64,000 nucleotides of DNA, taken from the NCBI RefSeq assembly GCF_964213995.1, contig NW_027590151.1:310001-374000 (forward strand), given 5' to 3'. The position numbers were made by a program, and so were the translations under genes. Positions 37,033 to 50,206 of the stretch are shown piece by piece. Each line of letters opens with the position of its first letter. Positions within the stretch are counted from its first letter, which is position 1. The stretch is from Mustelus asterias (lineage: Eukaryota). A model generated the notes under the pieces. That model did no database searches. It worked only from the letters and a program-made list of their open reading frames with translations, and had not been told where the DNA came from.

Positions 37033-38676
37033 ACAATGGAGAGGGATGTGTTGACTGGGAGTGTTTCGGAGGGGAGTGTTGAACCGTTGGAGAAATTCTC
37101 CATTTCAAGGGAGGAAGTGTTAGGTTTGTTAGACATATCCCCAGGGCCTGATGGAATCTTTCCAAGGTTGCTCAGGGAGACGAGAGATGAAATCGCTGGG
37201 CCTCTGACGCAAATCTTTGTCTCGTCACTGGACGCAGGTGAAGTCCCAGAGGATTGGAGGATAGCTAATGTGGTCCCGTTATTTAAGAAGGGGAGGAAGG
37301 ATAACCCGGGTAATTATAGGCCGGTGAGCTTGACATCCGTGGTGGGAAAGTTGTTGGAGAAGATTCTTAGAGATAGGATGTATGTGCATTTAGAAAGGAA
37401 TAAACTCATTAACGATAGCCAGCATGGTTTTGTGAGAGGGAGGTCATGCCTCACTAACCTGGTGGAGTTTTTTGAAGAAGTGACCAGAATGGTTGACGAG
37501 GGAAGGGCCGTGGATGTCGTCTATATGGACTTTAGTAAACCGTTTGACAAAGTCCCTCATGGTAGGCTGGTGAAAAAGGTTGGATAAAGGGGGAGGTGGC
37601 TAGATGGGTGGAGAACTGACTTGGTCACAGAAGACAGAGGGTGGTAGTGGAAGGGTCTTTTTCCGGCTGGAGGCCTGTGACTAGTGGTGTTCCGCAGGGC
37701 TCTGTATTGGGACCTCTGCTGTTTGTGATTTATATGAACGATCTGGCGGAAGGTGTAACTGGGGTGATCAGTAAGTTTGCGGACGACACAAAATTGGCAG
37801 GACTTGCAGATAGTGAGGAGCATTGTCAGAGGCGACAGAAGGATATAGATAGGCTGGAAATTTGGGCAAAGAAATGGCAGATGGAGTTCAATCCTGCTCA
37901 ATGCGAAGTGATGCATTTTGGTAGAAATAATGTAGGGAGGAGCTATACGATAAATGGCAGAACCATAAAGGATGTAGATACGCAGAGGGACCTGGGTGTG
38001 CAAGTCCACAGATCCTTGAAGGTGCCGTCACAGGTGGAGAAGGTGGTGAAGAAGGCATATGGCATGCTTGCCTTTATAGGACGGGGCATAGAGTATAAAA
38101 GTTGGGGTCTGATGTTGCAGTTGTATAGAACATTGGTTCGGCCGCATTTGGAATACTGCGTCCGGTTCTGATCACCACACTACCAGATGGACGTGGAGGC
38201 TTTGGAGAGAGTACAGAGGAGGTTTACCAGGATGTTGCCTGGTATGGAGGGGCTTAGTTATGAGGAGAGATTGGGTAAACTGGGGTTGTTCTCCCTGGAA
38301 AGACGGAGGATGAGGGGAGACTTAATAGAGGTGTACAAAATTATGAAAGGCATAGATTGGGTGAACGGTGGGAAGCTTTTCCCCAGGTCGGTGGTGACGT
38401 TCACGAGGGGTCATAGATTCAAGGTGAAGGGGGGGAAGTTTAACACAGACATCAGAAGGACATATTTTACACAGAGGGTGGTGGGGGCCTGGAATGCGCT
38501 GCCAGGCAAGGTGGTGGAGGTGGACACACTGGGAACGTTAAAGACTTATCTGGATAGCCATATGAACGGAGTGGGAATGGAGGGATACAAAAGAATGGTC
38601 TAGTTTGGACCAGGGAGCGGCACGGGCTTGGAGGGCCGAAGGGCCTGTTCCTGTGCTGTATTGTTCTTTGTTCTTT
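37033..38676 (+). mobile_element. Nested CR1 (RT region)
   Basis: RT motifs and (ttctttg)n tail; same subfamily as 48920-49692. Confidence 0.9.
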
Positions 38677-38967
38677 GTCCATGTAGACAACATCTACTGC
38701 CCTATCCTCATCAATCATCTTTGTCACTTCCTCGAAAAACTCCAGTAAGTTAGTGAGACATGACTCCCCTTCACAAAACCATGTATCCTCTCACTAATAC
38801 GTCCACTTATTTCCAAGTGGGGATAAATCCTGTCTCGAAGAATCCTCTCCAATAATTTCCATGATGTAAGGCTCACCGGTATGTAATTACCTGAATTATT
38901 CTTGCTGCCCTTCTTAAACAAAGGAACAACATTGGCTATTCTCCAATCCTCTCGAACCTTCCCTGTA

Positions 38968-40652
38968 AGAAGTCTCACAACACCAGGTTAAAGCCCAACA
39001 GGTTTATTTGGTAGCAAAAGCCACGAGCTTTCGAAGCGCTGCTCCTGCATCAGGTGAGTGGGATTTCAGTTCACAAACAGGACATATAAAGACACGAACT
39101 CAATTTACAAAATAATGGTTGGAATGCGAAGTTTACAGGTAATCAAGTCTTAAAGGTACAGACAATGTGAGTGGAGAGTGAGTTAAGCACAGGGGAATGG
39201 ACGAGTTAACCCTCTCTCCACTCATATTGTCTGTACCTTTAGTACTTGATTAGCTGTAAAGACTCGCATTCCAACCATTATTTTGTAAATTGAGTTTGTG
39301 TCTTCATATGCCCTGTTTGTGAACTGAAATCACGTGATGAAGGAACAGTTTGATAAGGTGCCTCACAAAAGGTTGCTGAAGAAGATTGGGTCACACGGAG
39401 TTGGGGGTAGGGTGTTAGCGTGGATTGGGGATTGGCTATCCGACAGGAAGCAGGGAGTCGGAATAAATGGGTGCTTTTCTGGTTGGCGGATGGTAACTAG
39501 TGGCGTGCCGCAGGGATCGGTACGGGGGCCTCAGCTATTTACCATTTATACAGACGATTTGGAGGAGGGGACTAAGTGTAGGGTAACAAGGTTTGCAGAC
39601 GACACAAAGATAAGTGGAAAAGTGAATAGTGTGGAGGGCGCAGAAGGTCTGCAGAGAGATTTGGACAGGCTGAGTGAGTGGGCGAGGATCTGGCAGATGG
39701 AGTATAACGTTAACAAATGCGAGGTTATTCACTTTGGAAAAAATAATAGCAAATTAGATTATTATCTAAATGGAAAGAAATTACAACATGCTGCTGTGCA
39801 GAGGGACCTGGGGGTCCTTGTGCATGAGACGCAAAAACCCAGTCTGCAGGTGCAACAGTTGATGAAGAAGGCAAATGGGATGTTGGCCTATCTCGCAAGG
39901 GGGATAGAATATAAAAGCAGAGATGGCTTGCTGCATCTGTACAGGGCATTGGTGAGGCCGCAGCTGGAATACTGTGTGCAGTATTGGTCCCCTTATTTGC
40001 GGAAGGATATATTGGCCTTGGAGGGAGTGCAGAGAATGTTCACCAGGTTGATACCAAAGATGAGGGGTGTTGACTATGAGGAGAGACTGAGTAGATTGGG
40101 TTTGTATTCATTGGAATTTAGAAGGCTGAGGGGGGATCTTATAGAGACCTATAAGATAATGAAGGGGCTGGATAGGGTAGAGATGCAGAGATTCTTTCCA
40201 CTTAGAAAGGAAACTAGAACTCGAGGGCACAGCCTCAAAATAAAGGGGGGTAATTTTAGGACAGAGTTGAGGAGGAACTTTTTCTCTCAGAGGGTGGTGA
40301 ATCTCTGGAATTGTCTGCCCACTGAAGTGGTGGAGGCTACCTCGTTGAATATGTTTAAATCACAGATAGATGGATTCCTGATCGGTAAGGGAATTAGGGG
40401 TTATATGGATCAGGCGGGTAAGTGGAACTGATCCACTTTAGATCAGCCACGATCTTATTGAATGGCGGGGCAGGCTCGAGGGGCGAGATGGCCTACTCCT
40501 GATGCTATTTCTTATGTTCTTATGTTCTTATGTAACAGCGCTTCGAAAGCTAGTGGCTTTTGCTACCAAATGTACCTGTTGGATTTTCACCTGGTGTTGT
40601 GAGACTTTTTACTGTGTTTACCCCAATCCAACGCCGGCATCTCCACATCATG
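38968..40652. mobile_element. Penelope inverted-pLTR remnant containing CR1 (39349-40533, +)
   Basis: Penelope TSD acct[t/c]ccctgta at 38956 and 40653; CR1 TSD aacag falls inside hammerhead stem II. Confidence 0.85.
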
Positions 40653-43600
40653 ACCTCCCCTGTAGCCAGTGAGGAATCAAAGATTTCGCTCAAGGCCCCA
40701 GCAAATTCCTGCCTTGCCTCTCTCAGTATTCTGGGCTATATCCCATCAGGCCCTGGGAACTTGTCTATCTTAATGTTTCTCAAGAACCTCAAGACCTCCT
40801 CCTTTTTGATGGCAACATGACTCAAATCATCCACACATCCTTTCCGAGACTCATCATCCACCAAGCCCTTCTCTTTGGTAAATACTGACGCAAAGTACTC
40901 ATTTAATGTCTCGCCCATTTCCTCTGGCTCCACGCATTGATTCCGTCCCTTGTCCTTGATTGGGCAAACCCTCTCCCTGGCTACCGACTTGCACTTTATA
41001 GATGCATAAAAACCCTTGGGATTTTCCTTAATCCTGCTGGCCAATACTTTTTCGTGACCCCTTTTAGCCCTCCTTACTCCTTACTTAAGTTTCTTTCCAC
41101 TTTCCTTATATACCATACTTGCTTCGTGTGTTCCCAGCCTCCTAGCTTTGACGAATGCTTCCTTTTTCTCTTTGACGAGGCTCACAATATCTCGTTATCC
41201 AAGGTTCCCAAATCTTGCCATACTTGTCCTTCATCCTTACAGGAATGTGCCAGTCCTGGATCCCTATCAACTTACACTTGAAATCCTCCCACATGCCAGA
41301 AGTTGATTTACCCTCAAACATCTGCCCCCAATCTACATTCTTCAGTCCCTGCCTAATATTGTTATAATTAGCCTTCCCCCAATTTAGCACCCTAACTTGA
41401 GGACTACACTTATCTTTATCCATCAGTACCTTAAAGCTTACTGAATTTTGTTCACCGTTCCTGAACTGCTCCCCTACTGAAACATCGACTACCTGGCCGG
41501 GCTCATTCCCCAATACCAGGTCCAGTATGACCTTGTGGGCTATCTACATACTGTTTCACCAAGCCCTCCTGGGTGCTCCATACAAACTCTGTCCCATCCA
41601 CTTAGTGCCCATTGCACTAAGTGAGTCCCAATCTAGGGGAAGTTAAAATCTCCCACCACAACAACCCTGTTACTTTTACACTTTGCTAAAATCTGCCTAC
41701 ATTTCTGTTCCTCTATCTCCCGCTGGTAGTTGGGTGGCCTATAGTAAACCCCCAACATTGTGACTACACCCTTCCTATTCCTGAGCTCTACCCATATTGC
41801 CTCGCTGTATGAGCCCTCCGAGGTGTCCTCCCGGAGTACACCTGTGATATTCTCTTTAACCAGTAGTGCAACTCCCCGACCCCTTTTACATTCCCCTCTA
41901 TCCCACCTGAAACATCTGTACCCTGAAATGTTAAACTGCCAAACCTGTCCTTCCCTTAACCACGTCTGTGTAATGGCAACAACCTCATAGTGCCTAATAC
42001 TCATCCAAACTCTAAGTTCATCTGCATTACCTGTTACACTTCTCGCATTGAAACAAATGCACTTCAGTCCACCAGGCCTTCTTTGATTAGCAACCCCAAC
42101 CTGCCTGTTTCTCTGAGTCTTACTGGCTCTACTTTCTGGTTCCCCTTCAGCTAATTCGCCTTTGCATTGGATCCCACCCCCCTGTCAAACTAGTTTAAAT
42201 CCTCCCGTGTGACACTAGCAAACCTCCCGGCCAGAATATTTATGCACTTCCAGTTCAGATGCAACCCGTCGTTCTTGTACAGGACCCACCTGCCCCAGAA
42301 GAGACCCCCAATGGTCCAGATATCTGAAACCCTCCCTTCTACACCAGCTGTTTAGTCACGCGTTGAGCTGCACTATCTTCCTATTCCTAGTCTCACTAGC
42401 ACATGACACAGGGAGTAATCCTGAGATTGCAGCCCTAGAGGTCCTGCTGTTTAACTTTCTACCTAACTCCCTTAACTGCTGCTGCAGGACCTCATCACTC
42501 TTCCTGCCTATGTCGTTAAGTGCCAAAATGTACCACAATCTCTGTCTGTTCACCCTCTCCCTTCAGAATGCTTTCTGTCCATTCAGAGACATCCTGGACC
42601 CTGGAACCAGGGAGGCAAAATACCATCCTGGAGTCTCTTTCACGTCCACAGAAGCGCCTATCTGCATCCCGAACTATAGAGTCCCCTATAATTATTGCTC
42701 TAGTCCTCTTTGTCCCTCCCTGCTTAACAACAGAGCCAGCCGTAGTGCCAGTGCTTTGGCTGCTGCTGCTGTTATCTCCTGATAGGCCATCTCCCCCAAA
42801 GGTATCCAAAATGGTATACTTGCTAGAGAGGGGGATGACCACAGGGGATTCCTGCACTGATTGCCTGCCCTTTCTAGTGGTCATCCATCCATCTTCCTGC
42901 ACCTTCTGTGTGACCACGTCTCTAAAGCTCCTATCTGTGATGTTTTCCGCCACCTTCATGCTCCTACATGCATCCAACTGCTGCTCCAACCTATCCATGC
43001 GGTCTGTAAGGAGCTGCGATTGGGTGCACTTCTTGCAGATGTAGTCGTCCGAGACGCTGGAAGCATCACGGATCTCCCACATCTCACACGTTTAGCACTT
43101 AACCCCACTGTCCAACATTTCGAACACCACTTAAATTATTTGAGAAAATTTATAAAACTCTTACCTTCATTTTTACCTTCTCACAGTGGCCTTTTTTTGG
43201 TCAAGGGAGGAGGGAGGAAGGGAAACACTGATGTAGTGTTTCTGGTTTACCGTTCTTTGACATCAGATCTTCTGCTTCCCACTTCTTGGTCGATGTTGCT
43301 TGTCTGACTTCTCACAGAATGCTCCGCTTTCTGTCCACAGTTCGAAAGACGTGCTGGTCATGCTAAATTCTCCATCTGTGTACACAAACAGGCAATGAGG
43401 TGTCGCGACTGGGGGATTTTCACAGTAACTTTAGTGCAGTGTTCATCTACGCCTATTATGACGTTAATAAGTAAACGTGAAAACAAAATGTTTAACATGA
43501 ATCTAACTGGAGCTTTACTCTTTCTTATGCATAAATGCAAAACTAAATTCACTGAAACCTATTCCTTATTTCCAGTATCCAACATTGCAAACAGAGACTT

Positions 43601-44259
43601 TGTGTTTCCAGTCATTAACAGAAAAAGGTACAGACATTAAGAAGAAGAAACGTAAACTCAGACAGGCCAGAATGAAGATCTCACTGTCACACTGAGTATT
43701 TCGAGCAGGGAGTATTGATACATTCAGGTACCAGGCCGGTGAAGCTAGTAAGCAATATTTTCACATACATAAATTCGGCCGAATTGTCTATTCTTCTTCT
43801 GCAGTTTCTATACGTTGTAAAATTTAGTGCAAAATCCGCCAGAGAATCCAGGAGAGAATCAGTTAATGGGCCGAAAGAATTGAAATTGCCAGACAGCCAG
43901 AAGAGGCAGTTTCCAGTGAGTAACAGTAAAATCACTGCGGAAACAGAACAAACTGAACCCAACCGGCAATTGAGAGACTTTGGGACAGGGCCCCACGATT
44001 CTGAGAAACTCAAAAACTACAAAGCAAAAATAGAAATGAAATAAAACTGACTGTAACTATTTCAATTTAAAGAGAAATTGAGAAATAATGTTACTGACAG
44101 GGAGAAGAAGACAGAGAAATAGATTAAAATGCAGGCATAGCTTCCAGGAAATGTTAAACTGAAATGAATGAATTTCAAACGTTCAAGATCATTCAGCCCC
44201 ATTGGGACCTCTTGAATCTTGCTGTGCTCAGTGATGTAACACACCTGGGTTACTATATC

Positions 44260-44935
44260 ACAATCATTTCGAGAAACGTACACAAGCAGGACCAAGGCCT
44301 TCATGTCGCTTGTCATTCCAACACACCATCCTGCTCTCATGTCCACATATCTTTGCTTGGTCTGCCACAATGTTCCAGTGAAGCCCAAAGCAAACTGGAG
44401 GAACAGCATCTCATCTTCCGATTAGGCACTTTATAGCCTTCTGAACTGAAAATTGAGTTCAACAACTTCAGAGCATTAACTCATTCCTCCAGCTCCATCC
44501 CATTTCCATGTATTTCGTCTTTTTGTCACAATTTATTTATTTATTTTCATCTTTACATCATTCCTAACTATCGCATTCCATCTTCCACCACCCACTACGG
44601 TCTCCCCTTCTCCTATTCTAATCGGGCCTTGTGTTAAATGTCTCAGGTTTTTCTTTGACACTCTGCTTACCATTGTTCTGCCATTTATACAGGCTGACAT
44701 CTCTATGTCCGCTATATGCACCCCTGTTAGCCATGATCACCACTATTAACATTCCCTTATGTCTTTTTGCCTATGCCAACTTTGTCAATCCCCTCCCGTC
44801 TTCACCCCTCACCATAACAGTATCAATATCATTCTATTTTCTCTTGTCTTCAGCTCTGATGAAGGGTCATCATGGCTCTTTGCTCTTCACAGATGCTGTC
44901 AGACCTGCTGAGATTTTTCTGCATTTTCTGTTTTT
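44260..44935 (+). mobile_element. Older Penelope-like 3' fragment
   Basis: GIY-YIG C-terminus KLEEQHLIFRLGTL. Its 3' tail is shared with short copies at about 1000-1085, 3300-3395 and 52360-52540. Confidence 0.75.
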
Positions 44936-45400
44936 TTTAATTTATGTAAACATATTGTCTCACTGACAATGAAATGACCGCTCGGGTTAGTCTTTCAACA
45001 CGGAAAATGGAAACTGAAATATAGCATGCATCACAGGATCATACAGTGTGGAAACATGACATTCGGGTAGCTGCTGCCCCTCTATAAGTGAAAACCAATT
45101 CTTCTCACAAACCATGATATTTCCCCTTTATCTTGTTTTTGTTTTCCTGTTCAGGCACTTGACTATTACTCGTTTGCAATCACTGTTGAATCAAATCCAA
45201 TCAGTATTCTGGCACTGCATTCCATATGTTAGATCTTGCTGTCCAAAATAAAATACAATCTCATTTTTCCACTACGTTATGTTCTATTAACAGTTAATAT
45301 AGCTCGATCGCCATTACTTTTATAACAATAGCGCATGAGAACAGAGTTATTCTCATGATTGCCACATTGCCCAAAATCAATATTTTGTTTTATTCTTCAG

Positions 45401-45706
45401 ATTCCAGTTCCCTGGTGTCTAAGGATCCGCCTCTCCAAATTTGTGCTGTCGATGATACGGTGACTTTAAGCTGTGAATATTCAGGTCTCTGTCAGCACAC
45501 ATTGCATTGGTACCGTCAGTCCCCAGGGCAGGCTGCCAAATACCTGCTTCAGACACACACTTCAGGCGGGGAGAATAAAGAAAACGCTGACGGGCGTAGA
45601 TTTTCTGCTTCTGTCGATTCTGCCGAGAAGATCAGCCGGTTAAACATCACCAAACTAGAACTGAGCGACTCTGCTGTGTATTACTGTGCACTGAGTCGGC
45701 GCACAG
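45401..45706 (+). CDS. Supporting TCR V-delta segment 1 (leaderless), apparently intact
   Basis: Phase-1 acceptor at 45400; TLSCEYSGLCQHTLHWYRQ...DSAVYYCALSRR with CDR1 Cys; perfect RSS CACAGTG-23-ACAAAAACC at 45707-45745. Confidence 0.9.
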
Positions 45707-46136
45707 CACAGTGACACAGAACACGGAGAGAGCTGTACAAAAACCTGAACATGGTGAGGATTACAGACACAGCGGTGTAGAACACGGAGAGAGCTGTACA
45801 AGAACCTGAACACAGTGAGGTTTACAGACACACAGTGATACAAATCGCGAAGATAGCTGTCCAAACATCCGGACATGGCGAGTATTAGAGGAAGTTGTAA
45901 TACTCAACATGTTCAGGTTTCTGTACAGCTCTCTCCGTGTTCTATATCACCCTGTCTGTAATCGTCACCATGTTCAGGTTTTTGGACAGCTCTCTCCGCG
46001 TTTGTATCACTTTGTCTGTAATGCTCAATATGTTCAGGTTTGTGTACAGCTCTTTCCGTGTTCTGTATCACTGTGTCTGTAATCCTCTTCATGTCCAGGT
46101 TTTTGTTCAGCTCTCTCCGTGTTCTGTGTCACTGTG
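45707..46136. repeat. Two opposed tandem arrays of about 61-bp units, each unit a 23-RSS (3 on +, 4 on -)
   Basis: Heptamers at 45707, 45768, 45831 (+) and 46130, 46069, 46008, 45948 (-), each 22-23 nt from a nonamer. Confidence 0.9.
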
Positions 46137-46439
46137 CTGTTTGCCGACTCAGTGCACATTAATACACAGAGAAGTCTCTCAGTTGTAGTTTGGAGATCTT
46201 TAACTGGTTCATTTTGACTGGAGACTTGGCAGTAGCAGAAAATCTCCCTTCGGTAGCGTTTTCGTTGTTCTCTTCTGAAGTGCGCGTCTGAAGTAAAAAT
46301 TTCGGAGCCTGTCCTGGGGATGGACTGTACCAGTGTACTGTGTACTGACAGTTCCCTGAATATTGACGCCCTAAAGTAACTGTCTTGCCGGTAGCAGAAG
46401 TTTGGAGAAGTGAACTGTGTGACACAGAGGAACTGGAAT
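46137..46439 (-). pseudogene. Supporting TCR V-delta segment 2, pseudogene
   Basis: Paralogue of 45401-45706. First Cys is changed to Arg and YYC to Y*C; CDR1 Cys is kept; perfect 23-RSS at 46098-46136. Confidence 0.9.
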
Positions 46440-47634
46440 CTGCAGGATAAAAAAAACGAATCAATTGTCTTGTCACTGTTTACCCGGGGAAACTTGTCAA
46501 TTGTGTCTTTGCAGTAATTTGCTTAATCGAAGTTGATTCGAAATTTAGTGACTATTGGAAATAAACAAGCCGAACATATCTCCAGACCTTTTTTTTCACA
46601 ACAAATTGAAGAGCACTGTGGAAGTGGTGGTGCTGGAGCAGATACAATATTAACTTTCAGACGGATATTGAGGGGCAAAAACATCTGGAACAGGGCAAGG
46701 TTCCAGTGCCAAGGGAAATACAATAAGGTGAATGTGTAACATTGACAGCACCTTCAAATAATTGTCATTATTGGCAGAAATATTTTTATTAAGTATTTGC
46801 TCCTAAATATATGGACCAGACTTTAAAAAAAACCTCATAAACGTTCATTCTTCTGCTCAATTAATTTCTGTCCAGCTTTGATTGCCTGAAGGATAATCAG
46901 CAGTTTTATGGCCCTGCACATATCAAAGTTCAACACAAACTACAGATATTCGTCCACACCCGTTCAGCCAAAGTGGCAATGAATATCTGTGGGTCAAAGG
47001 TGATAATTCGCCTCAGTTCAACCCTACAAGATAAATCCTGCCTGCCGTTGGGCTACATGTCTATTTCCGTCCATCAATTTTCTCGTTTTATATTTATTTG
47101 AAAAAAAAAAGTAGATTTCGCTCTATTTCTACATCCGAGTTGTTTTCTGTCTGCTCTTCGTGGTTTCTAACCGTCGTGAGAACGTATCCTAAGAACTCTC
47201 AGTTGGCGGTTGGGCTCAGTCGGTTCAGTTTACGCAGTTGTTTTTCTGTTACTCACTGGGAACTGCCTCTTCAGGGTGGCTGAGGATTAGTTCCTCCAAT
47301 CCATTGGTTGATTGTTTCCTGTGCCTTCCGAACAAAATAGCTTCTGAGTTTTGCATCATACGCTTGCCACTTAACAGGAATAGGCCATTCGGCCCAGCTG
47401 GTCGAAACTTGTTCTTGTACGCCCCTTCTCCTCTCGAGCACGAAATAACCATTTACACCCTAAGCCGTGTGTCTATTTATTCATCTTTCCCGTCCATATT
47501 TTTTTCAAGCTGTGCGATAAATTCATTGCGCCATGTCTCAAAACAGTGACTTTCACATTCTGAGTGCCTCTGTGTATACATATCTAAGTGTTTCTGTCCG
47601 TTCTGATAGCAATTTCATATGTAATCCTCCTTGT

Positions 47635-47945
47635 TCTGGGGACCCAGGTTCGAATAGATGGTGAAATTTGACTTCATTAGAAAACAAATCTGGAATTAGG
47701 AATCTCCTGTTCACCATTACAGATTGTTGGAAAACCCCATCTGGTTCACTTATGCCCTTTCGGCAAGGAAATCTTGGTCTTTACCTGGTCTGGCCTACTT
47801 TTGATTCCAGAGCCGCAGCAATGTGGATGACACTCAACTGCACTCTATAATGGCCTGGCAAGCCACTCATTTCAAGGGCGACGAGGGTTGCATAATAACT
47901 GCTGGCCAACCAGCGAAGTCCATGTCACACGAATGAATAAAAAAA
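47635..47945 (+). mobile_element. Second-family SINE
   Basis: Homologous to 5365-5710; tail gaatgaataaaaaa. Confidence 0.6.
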
Positions 47946-48577
47946 GAACCCTCTCCCACCGAAGGAGCGGTTTCTGCACATGCACCTCCCTGAAACTATA
48001 ACATAATTTTAAATGTTTCAATGCTACTTTGTCATGTCTTAGCGGCATTCCAGTAACCAAGGGCAAAGCTTTTCTAAACTTTCGATATTCATACACATTG
48101 TTGATTATTTACTTTCTCAGGATCGTAAGAAATTAAAGCCGAAAATTAAAGAAATAAAAATAGGAACATGGTAGACCAATCCACCTTGGGGACCAATTTA
48201 AAAATAGGAAGTTTAGTTCTGATCATGTACCTTAATGTTAACTTTGCGTCCTACTCTCAAATCCACTGATTCAATTAGTATTCAAAAACAAAATCCATGG
48301 AACGGCTGAGAGCCCACAGCCTCGGGACACCCCGGTCTTTTAGGAATTGTTTATGTTTCAATGAGCACAATTCCATGTTTTTAAAATCGAAAAAAATGAA
48401 ACCGATTTCTCAACTATGAGCGTTCAATACGTGGAGGAGTGTGCAATTTAACAATTCTGTCAAAGCATTAATGATTATTTACAGGAAGGCAATAAAGGCA
48501 TGTAGGATAAAATTAATTGTAGTTATTGTTTACCCAAGAATGAAATACCATCTACAGCGATAAAAAGCTATTTTAGA

Positions 48578-48914
48578 ATCATAGAAACCCTACAGTACAG
48601 AAAGAGGCCATTCGGCCCATCGAGTCTGCACCGACCACAATCCCACCCAGGCCCTACCCTCACATCCCTACATATTTTACCCGCTAATCCCTCTAATCTA
48701 CGCATCCCAGGACACCAAGGGGCAATTTTAGCATGGCCAATCAACCTAACCCGCACATCTTTCGACTGTGGGAGGAAACCGGAGCACCCAGAAGAAACCC
48801 ACGCAAACACGAGAAGAATGTGCAAACTCCACACAGACAGTGATCCAAGCCGGGAATCGAAGCCAGGTCCTTGGAGGTGTGAAGCAGCAGTGCTAACCAC
48901 TGTGCTACCGTGCT
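48578..48914 (-). mobile_element. Full-length HE1-type SINE
   Basis: tRNA-like head and CR1-derived tail; a more decayed copy lies at about 60020-60330. Confidence 0.85.
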
Positions 48915-48919
48915 TTTGA

Positions 48920-49692
48920 ACAACAAAGAACAAAGAACAAAGAACAATATAGCACAGGAACAGGCCCTTCGGCCCTCCAAGCCCGTGCCGCTCCCTGGTC
49001 CAAACTAGACCATTCTTTTGTACCCCTCCATTCCCACTACGTTCATATGGCTGTCAAGATAAGTCTTAAACGTTCCCAGTGTGTCCGCCTCCACCACCTT
49101 GCCTGGCAGCGCATTCCAGGCCCCCACCACCCTCTGTGTAAAATATGTCCTTCTGATATCTGTGTTAAACCACCCCCCCTTCACCTTGAACCGATGACCC
49201 CTCGTGAACGTCACCACCGACCTGGGGAAAAGCTTCCCACCGTTCACCCAATCTATGCCTTTCATAATTTTATACACCTCTATTAAGTCTCCGCTCATCC
49301 TCCGTCTTTCCAGGGAGAACAACCCCAGTTTACCCAATCTCTCCTCATAACTAAGCCCTTCCATACCTGACAACATCCTGGTAAACCTCCTCTGTACTCT
49401 CTCCAAAGCCTCCACGTCCTTCTGGTAGTGTGGCGACCAGAACTGGACGCAGTATTCCAAATGCGGCCGAACCAACGTTCTATACATCTGCAACATCAGA
49501 CCCCAACTTTTATAGTCTATGCCCCGTCCTATAAAGGGAAGCATGCCATATGCCTTCTTCACCACCTTCTCCACCTGTGCCATCACCTTCAAGGATCTGT
49601 GGACTTGCACACCCAGGTCCCTCTGCGTATGTACACCCTTTATGGTTCTGCCATTTATCGTATAGTTGCTCCCTACATTATTTCTACCAAAG
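48920..49692 (-). mobile_element. CR1 3' fragment
   Basis: Near-identical to 37910-38676. Confidence 0.9.
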
Positions 49693-50206
49693 GTTTTTGT
49701 GTCATGTTCCAGTGTTCATGCCGCGGCAGGTATTGGACCTGCCAGTGCAATGTCGGGTTACCTCTCTCGGTGTCTCGTTCACATTTCCCGGATCAGAGAG
49801 AAATTATGGACTCCGCGACTCCACTCTCTCCCAGAAGAAAGCAGGGAGCAGGGTTCGGAATGTCCACAATGTGTGCTCATTGAAAAAAGTTAGGAGAGTG
49901 TGGAATGTTGTGAGGATTACCCAATGTCTCCCGAAAACCAATGATGGTGCAGATGGGATCAGCTGCACTTCTTCCCCGCAGGATACTTGTCCTTTGGAGT
50001 CTCACATTGCTTCAATTCGGTCTCACAGCCGGACCCGACTTCAGTTTTTACTCTGCTGCCAAGTTTAAATCTGGAATTGAAAATCTTCCTCTGGAAAGAA
50101 CCCTGCTTTAGAAGCAGAGCATTGAAGTGATACTGATCATGAATATAAACTGACGGTGAACACTAACCTAAACAGCCTGTATGTAACACGGGCGAATTTG
50201 GAGTAA

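Larger units (their letters stand above)
35160..43300 (-). mobile_element. Near full-length CR1 carrying nested insertions
   Basis: ORF1 esterase (IIGDS, LPGS) at about 43100-42190. ORF2 pieces are colinear across 42000-40665, 38960-38680, 37030-36430 and 35635-35160. Confidence 0.85.

Noticed and set aside
43687-44044. Overlapping ORFs of about 108 aa upstream of supporting V1
   Set aside because: No Ig, leader or other recognisable motif.
45811-45817. Extra CACAGTG in an array linker
   Set aside because: No nonamer at 12 or 23 nt.
45707-46136. CRISPR-like repeat/spacer array
   Set aside because: Eukaryotic context with no cas genes; the linkers are homologous to each other, so this is a tandem RSS repeat.
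49692-49730. Perfect nonamer GGTTTTTGT
   Set aside because: No heptamer at 12 or 23 nt spacing; lies at a CR1 junction.
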